From an uncultured Verrucomicrobiae bacterium (GTDB lineage: Bacteria; Verrucomicrobiota; Verrucomicrobiia; Chthoniobacterales; Chthoniobacteraceae): a stretch of 64,000 bases of DNA. Position 1 is the stretch's first letter. The number at the start of each line of letters is the position of its first letter. Both the position numbers and the translations under genes were made by a program. The DNA is taken from the NCBI GenBank assembly GCA_963769025.1, contig CAVYKI010000009.1:192001-256000 (forward strand), given 5' to 3'. The notes below the pieces were generated by a model. It did no database searches. It worked only from the letters and a program-made list of their open reading frames with translations, and had not been told where the DNA came from. Below are positions 41,901 through 53,299 of this stretch, in pieces.

Positions 41901-44900
41901 GCTTCGGCGCGGCTTCCGGCGCGCCCGCACGGCTGCCGAATCTCTACGCGGCCGGTCGCGAGATCGGCGACGAATACCGCTACATCCTCGATCGGCGATA
42001 CCAGAAACTCTTTCCCGGCAACATGCTCACCCGTCCGGGTCTCCTGCTGAATCCGTGGGACAGGCGCTCGACCGAGGTCGAGGATCTCGCGCAGATGGAG
42101 GGTGAAATGGCCGGCGCGACACGCGGTGCGAAGGAATCCCAGTTGCGGCGCGCGTTCGCCGAACCGGCTGAGAAAAAGAAGGCCGGACCCGGCGGCGCGG
42201 CGGCGGAATCGAACCTCGACTTCCTCGCGGTTTCCGCGCCGGCGATTTACAATTTCCTGCCGGACAAGGACGGCACGGTGCGCATCGACCGCAGGATCCT
42301 CGGTGACCGCCAGCACGTTCAAATCTATGCGGAGGACCTCTCGAACGCCGTGTGGCGCTCATTCGCACTGCCCGAGGTGCCGACGAAATTCGCCGACCAG
42401 CGGCTGGTTCGGAACCTCGATCCGGCGAAGCCATTCACGCAGAAAAAGGAGATCACCGTCGTCGAACCGGGCAGGACGCTGACGCTCGCGGACATCCTCA
42501 CGAGCGAATTCGAGACCTATGACACGCTCGGCGGCGTCTTCTCGCTGCTCACGACTTTGAACGGCGACGCGACGCTCGCGAAGTTCGCGTGGGTGCTCGA
42601 ATGGCCGAAGCTCAAGGACGACGAGAAGCGCGCGAAATACAGCGAGTTCGCCAGCCACGAGCTGAACTTCTTCCTCGCGAAGAAGGACCGCGCATTTTTC
42701 GACACGGTGGTGAAGCCGTATCTGGCGAACAAGAAGGACCGGACGTTCATGGACGACTTCCTCCTCGAAAATGATCTCAAGTCCTACCTCCAGCCGTGGG
42801 CCTACGCCCGGCTGAATGTCGTCGAGCGCGCGCTGCTCGGCCAACGCATCGGCGGCGAGGCCGAGGGCGCGGCGCGGCATCTCCGCGAGCTGTGGGAGAT
42901 GATTCCGCCGAATCCGGACGAACAGGATCGCCTCTTCGAGACCGCTCTGCGCGGGCGTGCGCTGCTAGAGGAGACTGCAGATGCGGAAGGACTCGGAGTC
43001 TTCAAGCGCGAGAAGCTCAGGGCGGTTGATGCGCTCGGACGCAGCGAGGCAGCCGCGTCCGCGCCGATGGCACCGCCGCCAGTGAACGCGCCTACGCCGG
43101 CTGTACATTTTGCCGGTGGAATGCTCGCTCCGGAGGGTAGGGCATCCGGTGCCCATGCTGCTGCCAAGGGCGGTGCGGCGCCTTTGAATCAGCTGCAGAA
43201 GAACCTGTCCGACAAGCAGGCTGACAGCCCGGCACCCGCCCGTGACGGCCTCGAACGTGCGAAACGACAGAACCAGGAGCAACTCGAAGACCGGGGCAGG
43301 ATGCTGAGGCTGGGTGCCATTGTCTCGGACCCGAAGCCGGCGGAAGCCGCCGTCCTCGCGACAGACGCGGACGCGCTCTACTTCGGCGGCACGACAGCTG
43401 GCCAGAGCCCGCGGCCTCGTCCGCGCGTATTACCGGCAGATGGGGGCGACGAAGGAGTGGGCGGAGAACAATTATTACCGGCTGCCGCATCGAGCAGCAG
43501 GATGCGGGGCTGGTGACGGTGAACGCGTTCTGGCGCGACTACGCGGCTTGGGTGGGCGGCGGGGCGAAGGGCGCGTTTGTGTCCGGGAATGTCGCGGAGG
43601 CGAGCCGGAATTTCACGGAGATGCTGCTCGCGCTGGCGGTGCTGGATCTGCCGTTCGATGCGCCGAAGCACACGGCGAAGGCGGAGGGCGGGCAGTTCAC
43701 TTTCACGGCGGGCGGCGCGGCGATTGTGTATCACAAGGAGATCAAGCAGGCCGCGCCGGCGAAGGCGGACGCGGGGCAGTTGCTCGTCTCGCAGAGTTTC
43801 TTCCGGCAGAGCGACCGCTACCGGCAGGAAGGGAACGAGAAGTTTGAAAAGTACGTGACGGGGGAATTTCTCACCGGCGCGGTGTACGGGGCGAATGTCG
43901 TCGTGACCAATCCGACGAGTTCGCCGGTGAAGGCGGAGGTGCTGCTGCAAATCCCGAAGGGCGCGCTGCCGGTGCTCGGGAGCAAGGCGACGGACTCGCG
44001 CCGGCTGCGGCTGGAGCCTTACACGACGAAGACGTTCGAGTATTACTTCTACTTCCCGGCGGTGGCGGCGAATGGCGCGAAGTTCCCGCACTACCCGGTG
44101 AATGTCGCGGTCGCGGGCACGAGCGCGGCGGCGGCGAAGGCGTTTGAGTTCAACGTCGTCGCGAAGCTCACGCAGTTCGACAAGGCGTCGTGGGACTACG
44201 TCTCGCAGTACGGGACGGACGCGGAGGTGTTCGACTTCATCGCGGCGAACAACATCGAGTCGCTGAACATGGAGCGCATCGCGTGGCGGTGCGGCAGAGC
44301 GCGGAGTTTTTCAAGAAGCTCACCGGCGTGATGCAGCAGCGGCACGTGTGGAACGACGTGATCTACAGCTACGCGGTCGTGCACAACGACACGGCGGCGC
44401 TGCGCGAATGGCTGAAGCACCGCGATGATTTCGTCGCGCAGTGCGGGCCGTTCCTCGCGTCGAAGCTGCTGCTCATCGATCCCATCGAGCGGCGCGCGTA
44501 CGAGCATCTCGAATACAGCCCGCTGGTGAACCAGCGCGCGCACCGGCTCGGCAGCGAGCGGCGCATCGCGAATCCGGCGGTGCTTTCGCAATACCAATCG
44601 CTGCTCGGCATCCTCGCGCACAAGCCGCAGCTCGACGCGATGGACAGCATGAGCGTGACGTACCAGCTCTTCCTGCAGGACCGCGTGGAGGAGGCGCTCG
44701 CGCGTTTCCGCGCCGTGGATGCGACCGCGCTGCCGATGAAGATCCAGCACGACTACTTCAAGTGCTACGCGGACTTCTACGAGGACAACGTCGCCGGGGC
44801 GCGCGGCATCGCGGCGAACTACGCGGGGCATCCCGTCGCGCGCTGGCGGAACCTTTTCGCCGAAGTCGCCTCGCAGCTCGACGAAGCCGAGGGCAAGGCC

Positions 44901-45617
44901 GCTGCCAAAAAGGACGATGACAAACCCGACCGCGAGAAACAGCAGGCGGAACTCGCCGCGACCGAGCCGACCTTTGATTTGAAGGTCGAGAACCGGAGCA
45001 TCGCGCTCACGTGGAAAAATCTCGGCGAGGTGACGATCAACTACTACCTCATGGACCCGGAGTTTTCGTTCAGCAGCAATCCATTCGTGAGCCAGGACGC
45101 GGGGCGCTTCAGCATCATCAAGCCCACGCAAAGCGCGAAGCACGCGCTGCCCACGGGCAAGGACGCGCTCGACATCCCGCTGCCGGGCGAGTTTGCAAAG
45201 GCGAACGTGCTCGTGGAAGTCGTCGGCGCCGGACAGCGCAAGGCGCAGGCCTACCACGCGAACACGCTGAAGCTCACGCTCACGGAAAACTACGGCCGCA
45301 TCGAGGCGCGCGACAGCGGCAGCAACAAGCCGGTCGCGAAGGCGTATGTGAAAGTGTACGCGCGGCTCAAGAACGGCACGGTGCGGTTCTTCAAGGACGG
45401 CTACACCGACCTGCGCGGACGCTTCGACTATGCGAGCCTGAACGCCCCGGAAAACGTGCAGCCCACCCCGCTCACGAACGAACCCGCCCCCGCCAACGGC
45501 CTCGACTACCAGATGCTCAAGCCGACGGAGCTGAACCACGTGGACAAGCTCGCCATCCTGCTGCTCAGCGACACCAACGGCGCCACCGTCCGCGAGGTGA
45601 ACCCGCCGACGAACTGA
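38905..45617 (+). CDS. Very large (~2,200 aa) secreted hypothetical protein with macroglobulin-like beta domains; about 5 indels
   Basis: Signal peptide, continuous coding signal across six ORF pieces, C-terminal YVKVYARL..FFKDGYTDLRGRFDYASL. Confidence 0.75.
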
Positions 45618-45951
45618 ACGGGCCATCGCGGTGAACCGCGGGGATCGCACGCACCGGCGTCACGCAAACGCGAAGGTTTCCGCCCTCGCCGTCCTGTTCG
45701 AGCGCGGGTCTCCAGCCAATTGCGTCAACACGCAGCGCACGCGCCAGTCGCCGGGCCCGCCGGAATGGAGCAGCACCGACGAGATGATGGCGCCTCGACA
45801 CCAAGAGCGAGGAATCACATGCCATTCTGGACGAGTGCCTGCCCGATTCCATCGCCAAGGCCCTGGCAACGCGCGCCACCCTGATCGCGGAGCACGATTT
45901 CATGACGCAGTTTGCCACGAAGGGTGATTGCCAATGTAGGCAGGGGCACAG

Positions 45952-46638
45952 CTAGAGCGGGCGCGGCTGGGCGAGCCGGTTGATTTGCGCCGCTGCGAAC
46001 GCAGCGCCGAAGCCGTTGTCGATATTCACGACCGTCACTCCGCTGCCGCAGGAATTCAGCATCCCGAGCAGCGCTGCAACGCCGCCAAAGCTTGCGCCGT
46101 ACCCGATGCTCGTCGGCACGGCGATGACCGGTTTGCTCACGAGACCGGCCACCGCGCTCGGCAGTGCGCCCTCCATGCCGGCGACCACGATGACGGCATT
46201 TGCCGCCTCGATGCGGTCGCGGACCGCGAGCAGGCGGTGGATTCCCGCGACACCGACATCGGTGATTCGCTCGACACGATTGCCGAAGATTTCGAGAGTC
46301 ACCGCGGCCTCATCTGCGACAGGGACATCGCTGGTACCTGCGCAGACAACGGCGATGAAACCATCGAGTTTCGCGAGAGGGGTGCGCTCGAGGGTGATGC
46401 ACCGTGCACTCGCATGCCAGCGGGCGTCGGGAAAATGAGCGGCGACCGCGCGCCATTGATCTTCGTTCGCACGGCTGACGAGCAGCACCGGATCATTTTC
46501 CAAGATCGCTTTCGCAATCTCGCCGACCTGTGCCGGTGTCTTGCCAAGACCGAAGATCACCTCCGGAAATCCACAGCGCCTCCGGCGGTCCGTGTCCACC
46601 CGTGCAAAGCCGATATCGGTGAAGCCGCCTGCCGTCAC
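45952..46638 (-). CDS. larB: Nickel-pincer cofactor biosynthesis protein LarB (PurE-like)
   Basis: GFPEVIFG.GKT, AGTSDVPVA, DVGVAGIHRL, AGMEGALPS, PTSIGYG, VVNIDNGFGAA. Confidence 0.9.
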   Translation of the reverse strand: MTAGGFTDIGFARVDTDRRRRCGFPEVIFGLGKTPAQVGEIAKAILENDPVLLVSRANEDQWRAVAAHFPDARWHASARCITLERTPLAKLDGFIAVVCAGTSDVPVADEAAVTLEIFGNRVERITDVGVAGIHRLLAVRDRIEAANAVIVVAGMEGALPSAVAGLVSKPVIAVPTSIGYGASFGGVAALLGMLNSCGSGVTVVNIDNGFGAAFAAAQINRLAQPRPL

Positions 46639-47126
46639 GATTTCGGCAGTGTCGCCGCATCCTTCGTGAGCGGAAGGCGCAGCGGGATCATCTGGCTCTT
46701 GAAGAAACCAAGCTTTTCAAAAAATGCATGCCCCTCCGCATTGATGCGGTCCGTCAGCAGCGTGATCCGGAGGAGTTCCTTTTTCTTCGCGTAATCAATC
46801 ACGTGCTTCAGCAGTTGCGAACCCACGCCTCGTCCGCGGAAATCCACCTGCACGATTACATCCTCGAGCAATCCGACGAAGCCGCCCTCCGCCGTGCTGA
46901 TCGTGAACAGGAGGTTCACCATGCCTACGATGGTGTCATTCCAGCGGCAGACAAAAATGCGCCCCCGGCTTGGTTGCTCGAGGATCAGTCGCAGCCCGCG
47001 CTCCTGCTTCGCACGGTCGGGCACGAAATCTCCCTCCTGCCCGAAAAGTTCGTAGAGAAGATTCACCATCTGCGGCAAATCTTCCATCGTGGCTTGTTCG
47101 ATGATGGTTTCGTTCATCCCGGGCAT
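46635..47126 (-). CDS. GNAT family N-acetyltransferase
   Basis: LEDVIV..FRGRGVGSQLL, FFEKLGF. Confidence 0.88.
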   Translation of the reverse strand: MPGMNETIIEQATMEDLPQMVNLLYELFGQEGDFVPDRAKQERGLRLILEQPSRGRIFVCRWNDTIVGMVNLLFTISTAEGGFVGLLEDVIVQVDFRGRGVGSQLLKHVIDYAKKKELLRITLLTDRINAEGHAFFEKLGFFKSQMIPLRLPLTKDAATLPKS

Positions 47127-47236
47127 GGCCTCCTCTTGGCAGAGGGGTGAACGGCGCGCAAGGCGCGAATGGGCTCCGCAGTGATGAACTGAAGGAGGGT
47201 CTTGTTTGAGTCGGCAATTTCCGGTGAAAATGCTGC

Positions 47237-48334
47237 ATGACACCCCATCGAAGCCATCGCCGTGATTTTCTGAAACTCGCCGGCCTTGCCGGTGCCTCGC
47301 TCGCCTGCACCTGGCTTCCGCTCCGCGCTGCGACGGACAGGGCGAAGCGGCCCAGGATTCGGGTCGGACAGATTGGCACGGCACACGCGCACGCAGGTGG
47401 AAAGATGGACACGATGCGGGCTTCCGATGACTTCGAGGTGGTGGGCGTCGTCGAACCGGATGAGCGCCGTCGTGCTGCGCTTGCGGAGAGCAAGACCTAC
47501 GCGGGAATTCCCGTGATGACCGAGGAGCAACTGCTGAACGCGCCGGGTCTGCAGGCCGTCGCCGTCGAGACGGAGGTGAAGGATCTCGTGCCCGCCGCCG
47601 CACGCTGCATCGCCGCCGGGAAGCACATTCACCTCGACAAGCCCGCCGGTGAATCGCTCCCCGCTCTCCGCCGCCTGCTCGACGACGCCACCGCGCGCAA
47701 GCTCACCGTGCAGATGGGCTACATGCTGCGCTACAATCCGGCTTTCGAACTGTGCCGGAAATTGATCCGCGAGGGCGCGCTCGGCGAAGTCTTCTCGATC
47801 GAGGCGGCGATGGGCAAAATCCAGGGCGACGAGGAACGCCGCGCGCTCGCGCCATACCGGGGCGGCGCGATGTTTGAACTCGGCTGCCACGTCATTGATT
47901 CCGTCGTCGCGATCCTCGGCCGTCCGGAAAAGGTCACGCCGCACAGCCGGAGTTCCTCGCCGCTGAAGGACGGCTTCGCGGACAACCAGACCGCGGTCCT
48001 CGATTATCCATCGGCCATCGCCACGGTGCGCAGCGTGCTCGTGGAATGGGATGGCGGCGCGCGACGGCAGTTCGCCGTGTGCGGGACAAAGGGAACGATG
48101 GACATCCGCCCGATCGAGCATCCCGAGGCGCGCCTCACGCTCAGCGCCGCGCACGGCGAATACAAGGCGGGCAGGCAGGCGCTGACCTTCCCGAAGGGCA
48201 GGGGACGCTACGACGGCGACTTCGAGGATCTCGCAAAAGTGATCCGCGGCGAAAAGGCTCTGGCCTTCACGCCCGCGCACGACCTCGCGACGCACGAGAC
48301 CATCCTGCGCGCGAGTGGGCTGCCGGTGGACTAG
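47237..48334 (+). CDS. Tat-exported Gfo/Idh/MocA oxidoreductase
   Basis: RRDFLK Tat motif; GKHIHLDKP, GGAMFELGCHVID. Confidence 0.88.
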   Translation: MTPHRSHRRDFLKLAGLAGASLACTWLPLRAATDRAKRPRIRVGQIGTAHAHAGGKMDTMRASDDFEVVGVVEPDERRRAALAESKTYAGIPVMTEEQLLNAPGLQAVAVETEVKDLVPAAARCIAAGKHIHLDKPAGESLPALRRLLDDATARKLTVQMGYMLRYNPAFELCRKLIREGALGEVFSIEAAMGKIQGDEERRALAPYRGGAMFELGCHVIDSVVAILGRPEKVTPHSRSSSPLKDGFADNQTAVLDYPSAIATVRSVLVEWDGGARRQFAVCGTKGTMDIRPIEHPEARLTLSAAHGEYKAGRQALTFPKGRGRYDGDFEDLAKVIRGEKALAFTPAHDLATHETILRASGLPVD

Positions 48335-50964
48335 AGGGTCGTGTCGATTTCGGGCGCGTTGGCGTCGAGGGCCCGGGCCTTCAGCATCGCCTTCGCGTCT
48401 TCGACGCTGATCTTCTTCGCCGGCAGCGGCCAGCCGAGCGTGTCGCCGTTCGGCGTGAAGCCGTGGCCGTCGAGATCGACGAAGATCGGATTGTGATAGG
48501 CGAAGGGGCGGATCTTCGCCTGCGCGCTCGTGCCGTAGCCGATGCGAGAGGTCGCTCTTTTCGCCGGCACGCGACGACGATGAGGTGCGCGTCTTCGCTC
48601 AGCGGCACGTCGATGCGTCTCGTCGAATTTCACGACGCCGTCCTTGAACATTCGCCGCGCGCAGTCGCGCGGGTGAAGTTCAGCTCGGGCCGCGCGCGGC
48701 CATTCACCAGCACCTGCACGCGGTCGATGTCGATCCAGTCGGTGCATTGCACGCGGACGTGCGAGCTTCACGCCGCCGCCGATCGGCGCGCGCGGTGTCG
48801 CCGGGGCCGGTGCCGTCGTCGGTGCGTGACCTGGAGAAACGGACCGGTGGTGAGGTAGCTGCGGCCGGCCTTGGCGGCGCGGCAGTTTTCCCGCCAGTCG
48901 ATCTTCGCCGGTTCGTCGCTCGCGCTCGGCATGTACATGCGCCAGCCGCCGACGCCGTTGCCGTAGACGGTGTGCGCGTCGCACACGGCCATGCCGGCGT
49001 AGCGATGGCCGCGGTTCAGCATTTGCAGCCAGATGAATTCGCGGATGATGCTCACGCTTTCCTTCCCGGTCTTCGCGTTCCGGCCGATCGTGAACGGGCC
49101 GCCCGCCGAGGATTTCGCTCGCGCCGTAGTTCTGCGTCTCGACGCCGTCGATGAGCGTCGCGAGCCCGCGGAAGCCGCCGTCCACGCGTCCGTCGCCGTC
49201 GCGCGTCGATGAAGTTTGTCACCATGTCGGGATGATTGATCTGCACCCAGCGATCCGGCTCCGCGCCCTGCCAGTCGCGCAGCGTGATCGCGGTGATGCG
49301 CGGGTCCTTGTTCCAGACCGGCGCGCCGTTGTCCTGCGTGCGCGGCACGGGCTTGAAGGGAAAGGAATTGAAGTGCGCACCGCTGCCGGTGAGTTCCATG
49401 CCGGGCACGGTCTGGATGAACTGCGCGAGGCCGAGCCGGTCGATGTGCGGGCGCCAGTCGTAGAGGCGGTTGTGCTCGGTGGTCGGCGCAAACTCGATGT
49501 GCTCGGCGGCGAGATTGATGATGCGGTCGTCCGTGCCGCAGGTGTTGTCGCCGCTCTGCGTGGAGTGGTTGTGATAGTCGGCGCTCACCCAGCCGCGCGT
49601 GTCCACGAGGCGCTTCAGCGTTCCGGAAAAGGCGAACGTCTCGCCGGCCTTGAGCGTCACCTCCTGCGCGAGGTGCGAATACTCGATGCCGCGCGTGACG
49701 ACGACGCGGTAGCTCGCCGGGCGGGAGCTGCACGCGGAAATCGCCCGCGCTCGCTGTGATACTGGTCGCGGCAGCCGTGCGCGCGCTGCTCCGGGCCGAG
49801 GTTCACCGGGTCGGTGCCTTCCAGCGCGAGGAACTGCGCCTTGCACGGCAGCGTCGCTCCCTTCTCGTCGCGGATGTCAAACTGCACCGCGCTCGCGGCC
49901 GCCATCGTGGCGTCAGCTTCGCCTCGGCATTCGCGGCGACGGTGACTTCCATTTCCACATTCGCGCGTCCGAGGTCGGTGAAGGTGATCACGTAGCTGCC
50001 GGGCGGAAACGAGAACGCGAAGCGCCCCTGCGCATCCGTGGATCCGATCGCCGCCGCTCGCAGCGCCGCACGCGCGAATGCCGTCGGCGCGGATGCCGCG
50101 GGGGTCACGCCTTTGGCCGGGAGATTCTTTGCTGCCTCACGATGAGGTGCGCACCTGCGACCGGTGCGCCGCCCGCGTCCTTCACGGTGCCCGTGATTTT
50201 CCCCGCATCGCCCTGCTTCTCCGCGACGAGGCCCACGGCCTCCGCGGGCGAACGTCCGACGGCGAGGAATCGCGTGAACGTCACGGACGCGCCGGGCGCC
50301 AGTTCGCGCATCGTCTTCGTCGCCGCGTCGTCCTTGTCCTCGGTGAAGCCGGCCGCGTAGCCGCAGCGGTCCGCCGGGTCCACGGATTCCGCCCACTGGA
50401 TTGGGCCGTGCGCGAATGTCGCGCTGCCCGTGCGCACGAAGTTCGTCCACTTGTCGCTGAGCAAAATGTTGCGCGGCTTCGCGCCTTCATTCGTGATCAC
50501 CGTGGTCACGGACACGCCCGACCATCCGTCGCGCAGCCGGTATTGCTGGCTGCGCGAGACGCCGTCGCGCCCGGGGGAAGTCGACACGCATTCGACGAGC
50601 GCCTCGCCGTCCTTGCCGTCCTTCGACACGCGCACCCATGACACCGTGCCCTGCTGCTGCGCGGGTTGGAAAATGGTGAGCTGGTCGTTGTTTTCGCCGC
50701 GCAGCGTGAGGTCGTAGATGCAGCCGGGCGTGACGCCCGTGTCGCCGTAAAACGTGCTCATGTTCGCACGCCGCAGCGGGAGATTGCCCGAGATCACCGC
50801 CTCGATCTTGTCGTTCCGCAAAATGAAATCGCCGATGATCCCATCCGCCTCACGCCCGCCCGGAAGCGCGGATTTTTGATCCGGCCCGACCTCGAACGCC
50901 TCGGGCTGCGGCAATGGCGAACGGTGAAAAGCGCGAGGGAGAAGAGGAGGGAGGGGATTCTCAT
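48331..50964 (-). CDS. CehA/McbA-like PHP metallohydrolase with carboxypeptidase-regulatory-like domains; many indels
   Basis: Signal peptide, [42 protein letters not shown]. Confidence 0.78.
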
Positions 50965-51009
50965 GCGGAAGGCAACCGCGTGGCGTGGCGGGTCTTTGCG
51001 CATTTCGCT

Positions 51010-51086
51010 GGTAGGGCGCTTTCGCCGAAAGCGCCCATTTTTGCTTCCACGAGGGATCAGGGCGCGCTCGGCGAGAGCGTCCTCCC
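51010..51086. repeat. GTAG-type REP doublet (REPIN-like)
   Basis: GGTAGGGCGCTTTCGCCGAAAGCGCCC and inverted partner GGGCGCGCTCGGCGAGAGCGTCCTCCC. Confidence 0.7.
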
Positions 51087-51096
51087 CATGCGAACG

Positions 51097-52075
51097 CTAC
51101 CTCGCGAACTTCGCAGCTTCGCGGATTGTCGCTTCGAGCGCCGCGGCTTTTTCTTCGGCTTCGGCGATGGGGATCCCTTTTGCCATGCCGGGGCGGAGGT
51201 GACCGGCGGCGCGTGAGATACGAGTCGCACAGAACGCGGTTGCGCTTGTGGAGGCTGTCAAAGAATACGCTGCTCTTCGTGCTCGCTGCCCACTCGCTGT
51301 CGAGCAGCTTGAAGAACGCGGGAGCCTTTTCCGGAGACAGTGCGCTGAGGATCGCCTCGGCGATCACGCGGTGGCCGTCGTTGTTCGCGTGGACGCCGTC
51401 CTTCGCGTAGAAGAATCCCGGGTCCGTCTTGCGCTTCTCGGCGAGTGCGGCGGCCATGGCGCTGTGCGTGTCGATCACGCGCCAGCCTTCCGCTTTGCCC
51501 TGCTCGACGAGCCATGCGGAGTAGCGGTCGAGCACGCCGTTGTAGCCCTCGAAGAACTCGCCGTCCTTCACGACGTCGGCGGTTTTGGTGCGCCCCTTGA
51601 GCGGCACGGCGTCGAATACCGGTGGAGTGAGATGGATGATTTTCGCGCCGGCCTTCTCCACCTTCTCGCGCAGCTTGCGGATGCCGGCCTGGTACGCGGC
51701 GAAGCGCTTTTCGTCGAAGGGGAGGTAGATGCCGCAGTTCATGCCGTAGCACGCGAAGACGAGGTCGGGCTTCACCGTGGCGAGCACGCGGTCGAGGCGC
51801 TCATGCACATCTGGGCGCGGAAATTTTCCGCCCGCGTGCCCGGCCTCGCTGAGCCCGCTCACGGTCTCGCTCGGCAGGCCGCAGTCGATCACCTTGATTT
51901 GCCTGTCGGGAAATTGCGTGAAGATGAACGCGTCGAAGAGTTCAGTGTAGCGGCCCGCGTAGGTGATGCTGTCGCCGAGGAAAAGGACGCGCTTCACGCC
52001 GGGCAGGAAGTCCTCGGCAAGGGCGGGGGAGATGAATGCGATGAGGAGGAATGCGAGTGTGCGGAGGGTTTTCAT
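51097..52075 (-). CDS. SGNH/GDSL hydrolase (indel near 3' end)
   Basis: Signal peptide, FLGDSIT, YGMN, DGVH; corrected C-terminus ...EAAKFAR*. Confidence 0.88.
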
Positions 52076-52223
52076 GCGAGGGGCGCGCATTGTGTGGAGC
52101 GCGATGCAATCCGCAAGGGCGAAGCCGCGGAAGAGTCCGCAGATTGCACGGATTTTCGCAGGGGAAGATTGGCCGTGATGCCCAATCTGCGGGAATCGGC
52201 GGAAGGATCCGTGCGAAGCGCTC

Positions 52224-52769
52224 CTACAGCCCGAGCTGTATTTCATGGAGCTGCGTGCTCCACTTTGCGAGGAAGACGAGCGAGGCGAGCAGTGTGGCGA
52301 GTTGTGCAGGTTCGGTCCATTCGCTGCGGAGCGTGGTCATGCACTCCGCCGTTCTCGTCTGGACCTCGGCGACGAGTTCCTCAAGGCGTGAGCGGAATAC
52401 CACCCGCTCGCCTTCCAGCACGGCTTTCGTCACCGGGGAGGTCGCCGCCTCGAGCTTCATTCCAAACTGCTGCGCCGCCTGCCGGAATCCCGCGATGCGC
52501 ATGAACAGGTCCGCGAGCTCCGGCGGCGTTTCACCGGCTGCGGCCAGCGCCTCGGGGTGAACCAACTCGAGGAAATGCCGCAGGCATCCGGCCGGCTCGC
52601 GGAGCGCCTGCCACGCGGCGTTCAGCTCGGTGAATGCCGCTCCGTCGCCGCCCGCAGCATCGGGATGCCGCTCGGCGCTCAGCTTGTGAAAGCGCGACTT
52701 CAATTCCTCCGCATCCACCCACGCCGCCCGCGGGAGGCCGAGCACGGCAAAATGATCCGCCGCGGCCAT
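52224..52769 (-). CDS. HscB-like J-domain co-chaperone
   Basis: DHFAVLGL, HPD motif, LNAAWQAL; directly downstream of the iscA-like gene. Confidence 0.78.
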   Translation of the reverse strand: MAAADHFAVLGLPRAAWVDAEELKSRFHKLSAERHPDAAGGDGAAFTELNAAWQALREPAGCLRHFLELVHPEALAAAGETPPELADLFMRIAGFRQAAQQFGMKLEAATSPVTKAVLEGERVVFRSRLEELVAEVQTRTAECMTTLRSEWTEPAQLATLLASLVFLAKWSTQLHEIQLGL

Positions 52770-53143
52770 CAGGCGGAAAAGCTTTCGCCGCAAGAGCAGT
52801 GCGCCTCGGCGTTCGGGTTGGTCACCTTGAAGCCGCCCTTTTGCAGGTCGTCCGAAAAATCCAGCACGCTCCCGCTCACGAACAGCGCGCTCTTCGGGTC
52901 AATCACCACGCGCACTTCCTGCGAGGTCACGATGATGTCGCGGTTCGCCGGGCCGTCCACGAGGTCCATCTTGTATTGCAGCCCCGAGCAGCCGCCGCCG
53001 ATCACCGCCACGCGCAGCGCGCCTTGCGGGCGGCCCTGCTTGGTGAGGAGCGAGCCGAGCTTGGCACCGGCCTTCTCGGTGAGCTTGAGCAGCTTTTCAT
53101 TGCCGATCTTCGTCTGGATCGGCGCGGCGGTCGTGGTCGTCAT
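52769..53143 (-). CDS. A-type Fe-S carrier (IscA/ErpA/HesB family)
   Basis: [20 protein letters not shown]. Confidence 0.92.
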   Translation of the reverse strand: MTTTTAAPIQTKIGNEKLLKLTEKAGAKLGSLLTKQGRPQGALRVAVIGGGCSGLQYKMDLVDGPANRDIIVTSQEVRVVIDPKSALFVSGSVLDFSDDLQKGGFKVTNPNAEAHCSCGESFSA

Positions 53144-53192
53144 TGCGGGCAATGTAGTTTTCCAAATGCGCGATGTCCAACGCGGGCTGCGA

Positions 53193-53271
53193 TTTTGGAT
53201 TGCCGCCAGGTCCAGGCTGGCGCTTTCCCGTCGCCGGGCCAGAGCGACAGATGGACTGCCGCACTCCAAAA
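53193..53271. repeat. REP-like inverted repeat (TTTGGAGTGCG-type)
   Basis: TTTTGGATTGCCGCCAG ... CTGCCGCACTCCAAAA with an inner GCGCTTT/AGAGCG pair. Confidence 0.55.
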
Positions 53272-53299
53272 GGTCTGCGCGCTCCGATTGCCCGCGTCC

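Noticed and set aside
50105..52246. Apparent SGNH hydrolase-metallohydrolase fusion (713 aa)
   Set aside because: Created by indels; the junction crosses a REP doublet, and the second gene has its own start and signal peptide at 50964
52224..53143. HscB-like J protein as partner of the atypical Hsp70 pair
   Set aside because: It is 16 kb away and coupled to an IscA-like gene, which is ordinary Fe-S assembly context
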